The notes beneath the pieces are model-generated. The model did not search any database, was not told the origin of the DNA, and was given only the letters and a program-made list of their open reading frames with translations. Position numbers and translations under genes: made by a program. A stretch of DNA of 64,000 nucleotides, taken from an uncultured Planctomycetaceae bacterium (GTDB lineage Bacteria; Planctomycetota; Planctomycetia; Planctomycetales; Planctomycetaceae). The DNA is taken from NCBI GenBank assembly GCA_963813715.1, contig CAWFAK010000008.1, positions 416,001 to 480,000 of the forward strand, given 5' to 3'. Every line of letters begins with the position of its first letter. Position 1 is the stretch's first letter. Below, piece after piece: positions 17,823-26,785 of the stretch.

Positions 17823-20800
17823 CAGGGCGACCCCGCCTTCGTGCCCCCCGGCGGACTCGACAGATCGAAGGGCGACTCGTCGCTGACTGGGGGGCTGACT
17901 GCCGGGGTGACTGGGGGCGCCGACTTCGGAGCGGCGGCGACCGGTCGCGGCGGCGGCAGTTCGGCGTTCCGATCGATGGGCCGCGCGGGAACGTCCGGCA
18001 GACGCGACGGCTCTGCCGAATGGTGGGTTCGCGCGACGGCCGACGAGCCGTCGGAACCGATTTCCTCTCCTTCGTGAATCGATATGCCGCGAGACCCGAC
18101 CGCGGGCGGAAAGCGGGCGGTCACCGAGTCGCTCGTCGGGGTGACGGCCTGGAACTTGCCATCGGTCGGCGTCGGCCGACCCAGATCGGGGAAGAGGAAC
18201 GGGGCAGTCGCGGGCTTTTCGAGTTCCGTTCGCTCGGCTGGGGTGCGCTCGACTGCTGGTTGCTGCGGACCCGAGAATGCATGGGAACCTGGAGCGGTGG
18301 GCACACGTTCCAGCGGACCAGCGGGCGGAGCGGGCGACATTTCTCGCGCCGGAGCTTCGACGTTGCTAGCCGGAGTGGCGACGGGCGTTGGGCCAAGCGT
18401 CGACTGGCTGCCGCGAATTGACGCCAACGCGGCGAGCGCCGCGCGCTGCATCCGAGGCACGTCGTTCGAGGCGGCCGTTTCCAGACGTGGCACTGCGTCG
18501 ACGGCCGCCGGTCCGAATTGGGCCAGCGACAACGCCGCCATAATACGGACCCGCGGATTGGCATCATCGAGGGCATCAGTCAGGCGGACGATGGCGGTCG
18601 CATTGGCTGTCACCGACGCGCCGCTGAGTGCACCGGCCGCCGCTTGCCGCACATTGGCATCGTTCGGATCGACGAGCAGCCGCGAGAGCGTGTCGAGCGC
18701 GGGGCGGTTGTTCGGCTGCAGTTTCAGGATGGCTTCGGCAATGTGCGCGAGCACGGTCTTGTTGGGCTCGACGGTCAACAGCTGGTGCAGCGCGGGCAGG
18801 GCCGTGCGGGCCTCCGGGCCCGACAGTCCGATTCGCAGCGCGACCAGCAAGCGGTGCCGCGGCTCGGCCTGCGACAGCAGCTCGAGCCCGTCGAGTACGG
18901 GCCGCGTGTGGATCTCGCGGAACTCGGGGTCCTTGATGAGTGCGACCAGATCGAACGCGGGCTTCGGCTCGGCACGGCGTTCGTCGTCAAATTGTGCGGC
19001 ACGCGGCGCGCGGCTGGCGCGGGGTTCCGTTGCTTCGCTCGAGTCGGCGACCGAATCGGTGCGGACGTGCCGCGGAGCCGGCCGTTCGTCGTCGTCTTCG
19101 CGACGGGTGCGGTCGGTCGGCGGAGCCGAATTGCGGCGGCCGGCTTGTCGTTGTCACCTTTATACGCATCAGTTTTATGCGTGTCAGACTTGTCCGTGTC
19201 AGGCGAGGAGGGGGCGGCGTCGGTGCTCGGGGCGGGCGGTCCGCTGGGGATGGTCGACTTCCAGCCGCTGGTCGGGATGTCGAAAGCCGAGTCGGGCGGC
19301 GTGGCGGCGTTCTTGCCCTCGACGTTCAGCAGAGTTTCCAGTCGCGAATATCCGTTGCCGCGATTGCCGGGAATGATGCGGATGTCGTCGGTTTGTTTGG
19401 CGAGCTTGGCGGCTTCGTCGAGGATCGCGTTCGAGGTTTCGCGCTCGGACGCCAGCGGGAACCGTTCGCGGCACTTGTCGGGGCGAGAGGTCGACGGGCG
19501 GCGGCGCGCTCGGCAGCGTGACCACGCCCGGCGCCTCGAGTGACTCCGTGGATTCCGCGGGGGCGAGGCGTCGTTCGCGATTGGGCCCGGGCAGACTGAA
19601 GGCCGGCGGCTCCTGATCGAAGGGCTTGGGGCCGCCGGTCGACGTGGCTGCCGTTGCGGACTGCGGCGTGCGCGACGGCAGGTCGGGCAAGGGCTGCGTG
19701 TGAAAGTTGGGTAGCTCGTCGGCCGCCTGCCGCGCGGCTTCTCGCGCCAATTCCAACGGATGAGCCGTCGAGATGGCGGACGCTTCGCCGTTGGCGGGAG
19801 TTGCGGTTGGAGTTGCGACGGGCTGCGTACTGCTGACCGGCACGGCGCTGGTCGCGGCGAGGTTCGCTGGTCCCGCGCTGGCCGGCGTCGCGTTGACTGG
19901 TTTTGCGCTGAACGAAGTCTCGAACGGAGCGGGAGTAGCGGCGGTTGCCGGATTCGCAGTCTTGGCGGCCGGCTCGGCTTGCACGAGTGCGGCCGGCAGT
20001 GGTGTGATCGCGGCGCGCCAACCGTTCGAGTTGTGTTCGACGCTCGGGAGCCGTCGTTGTGACGGTTGCGGCGGGCGGGGCTTCGTCCGAGACGCTCCCT
20101 GCTGCCGATCGAGGACCATCACCGGCGGTTCGGCAACTGTGGAGACAGTCACTTCGGGCGCTGGGCTCGGCCGGAATCCGGCGCTTGGCGTCGGTACGGC
20201 GGCCGGCGATTGCAGGGACTGCGGCGAGAAGTTTTCGTTGTCGACTGTCTGTGTATTGGAAGTTTCCGGCGGATTGGCAGCCGGCTGGGCGGTGATTGTG
20301 GGCTGCGCGTTTGCTCCCGGCTGTGCCCAGCTCTCGCTCGCGGGCGCAGCTTGAGTGCTCGCCTGGAATTGAGGTGTCGGTTGATAGGGCTGAAATGCGG
20401 AAGGGAATTGAGTGGGGGGCAACTGGGACGGCGCGACCTGCCGTTGATTCGTCGCGTAGCCTGGGGCCATGCCGGAGCCCCAAGTCGGCGTCATGGCGGG
20501 TGCGTTGGGCTGCGCGGAGCCGTAAGGTGCAAAGCCGGCGGGTGGCTGGTGATTGAACGTGGGCGACGGCGTTTGCGTGAGTGCCGACGCGCGGATGATG
20601 CTGCGGCGCTGCAGCTCGAGATAGATTCGCTGGGCCGGGGCCGTGCGACCTTGCTGCATGAACAAGCGCGCCTCGGCCGCCAGCTGCTCGTCCGTTTGGC
20701 CGGAGAACTGGGGGTCGGCCGAGATGTTCGCCGTGTTTTGTGTGGTTGTGTTTTGCGGCGCGGCGTAGTTTTGCGGCGTCGCGTAGCTTTGGGGCACGCC

Positions 20801-20980
20801 GTAATTGGCGGGCGGCGTGCTCTGCGGATATTGGGCCCATGCGAACGGGGCCAACAGTCCTCCGCCGAAGAGTCCCGCCAGCGCCAGGCGAGCCAGCGCA
20901 CTTCCCGGACGGGGGGCTGTTGCAGCCCCGCGGAAAGTCGCTCCCACCAGGAACGAACGAGTCGGTGATTGCTGAGTCAT
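17822..20980 (-). CDS. Large exported low-complexity protein with a HEAT-repeat domain (frameshifts near 19490 and 19110)
   Basis: Signal peptide, Pro/Ala/Gln/Ser-rich linkers, and HEAT repeats (DANVRQAAAGALS, DANPRVRIMAALSLAQFGPAAVDAVPRL). The frames join across the indels. Confidence 0.6.
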
Positions 20981-21318
20981 CGGTTCCGCGCTTCCGAGGT
21001 GCGTACAATCCGGGCGGAATCTGGACGTGAGATCGCCTTCTGTCCTTATCGGTTGTAGCGGTCAAGGAAATTCAGTCATTTAGGAAGGCTGCAGCGACTT
21101 TTCCGAAATTGCGGCCACTGATCGCAGTCGGCCGCCGGTTGACGCAAACAGAATCGGCAATTTCTGCCGTCGGCGGTTCTCGAACCACGTTCTGCCGGTG
21201 CGCCAACGCGCGAATGAAAGGCGATTCGCAATCTGTTAAACCTGTTACCACTAGATGAGCGGCGGCAGACGTCGGATCGACGTGATTCGACACTATCTAA
21301 AGGGATCGGGGGCGAGCG

Positions 21319-22041
21319 GTGAGTCTGTTGTATTTGGTGCGCCACGGGCAGGCGTCGTTCTTCGCGGAGAATTACGACCGCTTATCGCCGCTGGGGGAAC
21401 GGCAAGCGCGCCGGCTTGGCGAATATTTCGCGGCACGGAAGGTCAAGTTCGACGCGGTCTACTCCGGTCCGGCCGAGCGACAACAGCGGACGACGCAGAT
21501 TGTGCTGGAGACGATGGCCACGGCCGGCTGCCGGAGTCCGGCAGCGACGATCGTCCCCGGGCTCAACGAGCATGGAGGCGACAAGCTCTTGAGCAAGCCG
21601 CACATGCAACTCGTGCTGGAAAAGTATCCGGAGCTGGGCGGGCTCGAGCAGTCCTTCCGCGACGCCCGCGAGCCGGAGGACGTGCAGCGAAGCTTTCAAA
21701 AGCTGTTCGAGGCGGCCGTCTTATTGTGGACCAAGGGCGAGCTGAACGCGCCGGGGATGGAATTGTGGGACGAGTTTCACGCGCGGGCACGGGGCGCGTT
21801 CGAGTCGATCATCTCGCACGCCGAGCGGGGCCAGACGACGCTCGCCGTGTCGTCGGTCGGGCCGATCTCAGTGGCAGTGCAGATGGCGCTGGCCACGTCG
21901 ATTCCCGTCAGCCTCGATCTGGGCTGGCGGCTGCGGAACGCCTCGGTGACGACATTCCTCTACACGCCGGGCCGGTTCAACCTCGACAGTTTTAATTCGT
22001 TGGCGCATCTGGCGGATCCGGCGGAGATCACGTACCGTTGA
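21319..22041 (+). CDS. Histidine phosphatase (phosphoglycerate mutase-like) family protein
   Basis: LYLVRHGQASF (RHG motif), YDRLSPLGERQA, GLNEH, RNASVT. Confidence 0.9.
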   Translation: MSLLYLVRHGQASFFAENYDRLSPLGERQARRLGEYFAARKVKFDAVYSGPAERQQRTTQIVLETMATAGCRSPAATIVPGLNEHGGDKLLSKPHMQLVLEKYPELGGLEQSFRDAREPEDVQRSFQKLFEAAVLLWTKGELNAPGMELWDEFHARARGAFESIISHAERGQTTLAVSSVGPISVAVQMALATSIPVSLDLGWRLRNASVTTFLYTPGRFNLDSFNSLAHLADPAEITYR

Positions 22042-22089
22042 AGTTTATAGATCGAAAAACAATTCGTTGACGTTCGGGCGGGAGCACTC

Positions 22090-23286
22090 ATGGACTTCTC
22101 AATTCCGCAACCGCTGCAAGACACGCTTAAATCGGTGCGCAAGTTTTTGATCGACGAGGTGTATCCGCTCGAGCCGGACTTGTTGACGCGTCCGTTCCGA
22201 GAACTGTTGCCGGCCCTCAACGCCAAGCGCGACAAAGTCCGCGAGCTGGGGCTCTTCACGCCGCAGGTCAGCAAGGAGAACGGCGGCTCGGGGCTCAAGT
22301 TCATGGAGCACGCGCTCTTGAGCGAAGAGCTGGGGCGGACGCCGCTGGGGCACTATGTCTTCAACTGCCAGGCGCCCGACGCAGGCAACATGGAAATCCT
22401 GCAGGAGTTCGGCACCCCCGAACAAAAGGAGACGTGGCTCAAGCCGCTGGTGGCCGGCAAAATTCGCAGCTGCTTTTCGATGACGGAGCCCGGCTATCCC
22501 GGCTCGAACCCCGTCTGGATGAACACGACCGCCGTCCTCGATGGCGAGTCGTACGTGATCAACGGACGAAAATGGTTCACGTCGTCGGCTGACGGATCGC
22601 GGTTCGCCATCGCCATGGTAGTCACCGACCCCAACGCCGATCCGCACGCGCGGGCCAGCCAGATCATCGTGCCGACGGATACGCCGGGATTCAAAATCGT
22701 CCGCAACATCTCGGTGATGGGACACGCGGGCGAGGACTGGCCCAGCCACAGCGAAGTTTCTTACGACAATGTCCGCGTGCCCAAAAAGAACCTGCTCGGC
22801 CGCGCGGGGGCCGGCTTCGAGATCGCCCAGGCGCGGCTCGGACCGGGGCGAATCCATCACTGCATGCGTTGGATGGGAATCTGCGAGCGCTCGTTCAGCC
22901 TGCTGTGCGAGCGGGCGGCCCGCCGCGATTTGGCCCCGGGCGACAAGCTGGGCAACCGCCAGACAATTCAAAACTGGATCGCCGAGAGCCGAGCCGAGAT
23001 CAACGCGTCCCGCTTGATGGTGCTGAAGGCGGCTTGGACGATCGACCGCGAGGGGACCAAGGCGGCCCGCGACGAGATCTCGCTGATCAAGTTTTTTGCG
23101 GCCGACGTGCTGATGAAGGTCATCGATCGGGCTCTGCAGGCCCACGGGGCCCTCGGCATGACCGACGACACGATCCTCTCCTATTATTACCGCCACGAAC
23201 GGGCGGCCCGGATTTACGACGGGCCGGACGAAGTGCACAAGAGCGTCGTCTCGCGGCGGATTCTGCGCGGCTACGGTTTGACGTGA
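22090..23286 (+). CDS. Acyl-CoA dehydrogenase, ACAD10/11 (LvaC-like) clade
   Basis: FNCQAPDAGNMEIL, IRSCFSMTEP, INGRKWFTS, AQARLGPGRIHHCMR and RIYDGPDEVH motifs. Confidence 0.93.
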   Translation: MDFSIPQPLQDTLKSVRKFLIDEVYPLEPDLLTRPFRELLPALNAKRDKVRELGLFTPQVSKENGGSGLKFMEHALLSEELGRTPLGHYVFNCQAPDAGNMEILQEFGTPEQKETWLKPLVAGKIRSCFSMTEPGYPGSNPVWMNTTAVLDGESYVINGRKWFTSSADGSRFAIAMVVTDPNADPHARASQIIVPTDTPGFKIVRNISVMGHAGEDWPSHSEVSYDNVRVPKKNLLGRAGAGFEIAQARLGPGRIHHCMRWMGICERSFSLLCERAARRDLAPGDKLGNRQTIQNWIAESRAEINASRLMVLKAAWTIDREGTKAARDEISLIKFFAADVLMKVIDRALQAHGALGMTDDTILSYYYRHERAARIYDGPDEVHKSVVSRRILRGYGLT

Positions 23287-23292
23287 AATACC

Positions 23293-23399
23293 GGCGAGCG
23301 TCGGGTGTCAGCCCGACGGTGCTTGATTCCCGTTTTCAAACTGAACCAACGCAAAACCAACAAGCCCAAGAACCGGCCGGCTGACACCGGCCGCTCGCC
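23293..23399. repeat. Inverted pair of REP-like palindromes, family B
   Basis: GGCGAGCGTCGGGTGTCAGCCCGACGG (23293-23319) and, on the minus strand, GGCGAGCGGCCGGTGTCAGCCGGCCGG (23373-23399). Confidence 0.75.
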
Positions 23400-23405
23400 A
23401 ATCGC

Positions 23406-24491
23406 ATGACCGAGCCCAGCACCAAAGCGTTCGCCGACTCGTCGGCTCCCGTTCGCAAGGGCGAGGAGCTCGACGCGGCACGGCTCGGCGCGTATCTGGC
23501 CGAGCAGCTCCACGAGCCCAACGCGCGGCTGGAGATCGAGCAGTTTCCGCAGGGGTTCTCGAACCTCACCTACCTGGTGCGGTTTGGCAGCGAGGATTAC
23601 GTCCTGCGGCGGCCGCCGTTCGGCAACACGGTGAAGTCGGCCCACGATATGGGCCGCGAGTACAACGTTTTGTCGAAGCTCTCCAAAGTCTACGAGCTGG
23701 CCCCCAAGCCGATCGTCTACTGCACCGACGAAGCGGTGCTCGGCGCGCCGTTCTATTTAATGGAGCGGCGACGCGGCGTGATCTTGCGGCGGAAACTGCC
23801 CAAGGACCTCAAGCTCGACCCGGCAACGTTCCGCGGGCTGGGCACCGCCTTCATCGACAATCTGGCCCGCCTCCACGCGCTCGACTTCCGCGCGGCCGGA
23901 CTGGCCGACCTGGGCAAGCCGGAGGGTTATGTCGAGCGGCAGGTGAACGGCTGGATCGGCCGTTACGAGAAGGCGAAGACCGACGAGTGGCCCGAGATGG
24001 ACTCGGTCGCGAAGTGGCTGGTCGAAAACCGTCCGCCCGAGTCAGGCGCCGCGCTGATCCACAACGACTACAAGTTCGACAACGTCGTCCTCGACTCCCA
24101 CGACCTCACAAAGATCATCGGCGTGCTCGATTGGGAGATGTGCACGATCGGCGATCCGCTGATGGATCTCGGCTGCACGCTGGCTTATTGGATCCAGGCG
24201 GACGATACCGAGGCGCTCAAATATTTTGTGCCCGGCCCGACGTTCCTGCCGGGTAATCTGACCCGCCGGGAGCTGCTCGAACGCTACGCGCAGACGTCGG
24301 GCCGCGACGTGGGGCAGGTCCTTTTTTATTACTGCTACGGCCTCTACAAATTGGCCGTCATTATCCAGCAAATCTATGCACGGTTTGCGCGCGGGTTTAC
24401 ACAGGACCCGCGGTTTGCCGACATGAATCAGCAAGTCGGCAGCCTGAGTCGCTCCGCCGCCCGAGCAATTGCAATCGGCGGAGTTTCTTGA
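23406..24491 (+). CDS. APH-family phosphotransferase (ACAD10/11 kinase domain / LvaA-like)
   Basis: QFPQGFSNLTY, VLRRPP, SAHDMGREY, LIHNDYKFDNVV and VLDWEMCTIGDPLMDLG motifs. Confidence 0.92.
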   Translation: MTEPSTKAFADSSAPVRKGEELDAARLGAYLAEQLHEPNARLEIEQFPQGFSNLTYLVRFGSEDYVLRRPPFGNTVKSAHDMGREYNVLSKLSKVYELAPKPIVYCTDEAVLGAPFYLMERRRGVILRRKLPKDLKLDPATFRGLGTAFIDNLARLHALDFRAAGLADLGKPEGYVERQVNGWIGRYEKAKTDEWPEMDSVAKWLVENRPPESGAALIHNDYKFDNVVLDSHDLTKIIGVLDWEMCTIGDPLMDLGCTLAYWIQADDTEALKYFVPGPTFLPGNLTRRELLERYAQTSGRDVGQVLFYYCYGLYKLAVIIQQIYARFARGFTQDPRFADMNQQVGSLSRSAARAIAIGGVS

Positions 24492-24738
24492 CACAATTCA
24501 CGGCGGGACCTTTGACGCGATAGGCCTGGGAAAGCGTTTTTTCGCTTTTTGATGGGTCCGGGCTCTACGCGTTTGACGTTAGTTTTGCGATCCGATTTAC
24601 AAATCGTGAGGGGTACGTTCCCGGCCGTTCCGTGGCCCTCTGCCGCGGAGACGCGATCCGTGTGGGGCGAGGTGCTTGGGGCACCCAGCTTCCGGACGAC
24701 CGGTGCGTTCGCTTCGGGTGGAAAGGTGTGACGAGCCC

Positions 24739-26661
24739 ATGAATCCGCAAATGCGCGAGTTGGACGAGCACGCGACCGAGACGGCGACCTTCGTCGAAAC
24801 GGCTCTCAAGCTGGGGGGAGCAAGCGAAGAAGAAGCCAAGAAGACCGGAGCCCTCGACCGCGCCGACGAGCAGATTGAGGACTTGTTCGCACCCAAGTAT
24901 CAAACGGCCGGCAGTCCCGCCCACCGCGCAGTCTGGGACAAGGAATTCCCGATCGACATCTTCGTCGGTCACGCGAAGCCCGCGTCGCCGGCAGCCCAAA
25001 CGGTGATGGACAAAACGATCGAGCTCGTCAAGCGCCTCCGCGATGGCGGCACGCTGTTCGACGAGAAAAACAAGATTCGCCAGAGCGCGATCGACGAGCT
25101 CGGCAAAGTCGGCTACTGGGGCCTGTTGGTCGATCAGAAGTACGGCGGCTCCGGCTGCAATTTCGGCGCATTCGCCCGGTTCCTGGTGAAGATGGGCGCC
25201 GTCGACCCGACGACCGGCGGCCTCGCGTCCGTCCACGGCTGCATCGGCGCCGTCGACCCAGTCCGCACGTTCGGCAGCACCGAACAGAAGGAAGAGTACT
25301 TGCCCAAGCTGGCCAGCGGCGAGCGGGTCTCCGCCTTCGCGCTGACCGAGCCGGCGGCCGGTTCCGACCTCACGGCTCTGCGCACCAAAGCCGAACTCGT
25401 CGGCGATTACTACGTCGTCAACGGCGAGAAGCTGTTCATTACGAACGTCGTGCCCGGCCGCACCGTCGGTCTGGTCTGCCTCGTCAATAACAAGCCGGCC
25501 GTGCTGATTGCCGACCTGCCGAATCAAGAGGACGAGACCTTCCAACTGGTGAAGTACGGTCTGCATGCTCTCAAGCACACCTACAACCAGGGCATGATCT
25601 TCAAGAACTTCAAGGTGCCCAAGAAGAACCTGTTGCAGCCGACGCGCGGCGACGGTTTGACGGTCGGCTACCACGGCCTCAATCGCGGCCGCGTTGCCGT
25701 TTGTGCGACGGGCGCATCCGGCATGCGGCTGATGCTGGCCAACATGCTGCCGTGGGCCAAGTTCCGTAAGACGTACGGCGAACAGATTGTGAAGCGCGAG
25801 CTCGTCCGTCGGCGCATCGGCCGCATGGCCGCTCTCATCGTCGGCTGCGACGCGCTCATCGATTGGTGCTCGTGGCTCTTGGACGAAGGCTACCGCGGCG
25901 AAATGGAGTGCACCGTCGCCAAGATCTTCGGCAGCGAATCGCTGAAAGAAGCGGCGATCGAGCTGTTCATGAAGACCCACGGCGGCCGTTCCTTCCTGCA
26001 TGGCCACATCTTCGGCGACAACGTGCACGAGTACCTGGCTCCGTGCATCTACGAGGGCGAAGGCGAGATGCTCTGCATGGGCTTCTTCAAGTCGCTCATC
26101 AAGGAGCACGGCCACAAGTACTACGAGCCGATCGGCAAGGCCCTGTACGCCGCCGGCATCAAGCAGCCCAACTTGGCCAATCCGGCCCACATGATGAAGC
26201 TGGCTCCGGCCGCCATGCCGTGGCTCAAGTGGCGCACCAATGAGATGGTTGCCGGCCCCGTGCGGGCCAAGCTGCCGTCGATGCCGCCGTCGCTGTCCGA
26301 GCTGGCACAGTTCGCGGCCGACAACCTGCAGGGCAGCCGGCTCGAAGTCGACCGCCTGATGCAGAAGAACCAGCTCAAGCTGGCCGACCGCCAGTGCTTG
26401 ATGGTCGAGCTGTCGCAGCGGATCCAGAGCTTGATCGTGATGCTCACGACGGCGCTCTGGGCGGCCAAGCAGTCCGACGAGCTGGTCAAGACCGCGGCAA
26501 TCGTGCTGGGTCGCGATATCCGCCGCCAGATCACGGGCAAGCGGCCGACGTCCGAAGACTTCCGCCTGACGACCAAGCTCGGCGCCGACATCGCCGAGGG
26601 TGGCTTCAAGGCGCTCGCCGGCGTCGAAGAAGTCGAGCTGTTGATGCCGTATCAGCAGTAA
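24739..26661 (+). CDS. Large acyl-CoA dehydrogenase (FadE-like)
   Basis: GAAAGG RBS; SAFALTEPAAGSD, VNGEKLFITN, LNRGR, HGGRSF and CIYEGEGEM motifs. Confidence 0.9.
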   Translation: MNPQMRELDEHATETATFVETALKLGGASEEEAKKTGALDRADEQIEDLFAPKYQTAGSPAHRAVWDKEFPIDIFVGHAKPASPAAQTVMDKTIELVKRLRDGGTLFDEKNKIRQSAIDELGKVGYWGLLVDQKYGGSGCNFGAFARFLVKMGAVDPTTGGLASVHGCIGAVDPVRTFGSTEQKEEYLPKLASGERVSAFALTEPAAGSDLTALRTKAELVGDYYVVNGEKLFITNVVPGRTVGLVCLVNNKPAVLIADLPNQEDETFQLVKYGLHALKHTYNQGMIFKNFKVPKKNLLQPTRGDGLTVGYHGLNRGRVAVCATGASGMRLMLANMLPWAKFRKTYGEQIVKRELVRRRIGRMAALIVGCDALIDWCSWLLDEGYRGEMECTVAKIFGSESLKEAAIELFMKTHGGRSFLHGHIFGDNVHEYLAPCIYEGEGEMLCMGFFKSLIKEHGHKYYEPIGKALYAAGIKQPNLANPAHMMKLAPAAMPWLKWRTNEMVAGPVRAKLPSMPPSLSELAQFAADNLQGSRLEVDRLMQKNQLKLADRQCLMVELSQRIQSLIVMLTTALWAAKQSDELVKTAAIVLGRDIRRQITGKRPTSEDFRLTTKLGADIAEGGFKALAGVEEVELLMPYQQ

Positions 26662-26700
26662 CGGCGGACGGCCGCCCGGCTGACAAGCTTCGTCGATCGA

Positions 26701-26730
26701 CGGAGTCCGAGCCCCTTGGCTCGGACTCCG
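26701..26730 (+). terminator. Intercistronic 13-bp hairpin (possible terminator or mRNA stabiliser)
   Basis: CGGAGTCCGAGCC-CCTT-GGCTCGGACTCCG followed by a pyrimidine tract but no true U-run. Confidence 0.45.
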
Positions 26731-26785
26731 CCTCTCTCTCACATCACGCACGAATTCCGTACGGCTCCCCATTTCTGGAGCAGCA

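Noticed and set aside
24593..24606. Palindrome CGATTT-AC-AAATCG upstream of the FadE-like gene as an operator
   Set aside because: Single short instance with no second copy or cognate regulator seen in the window.
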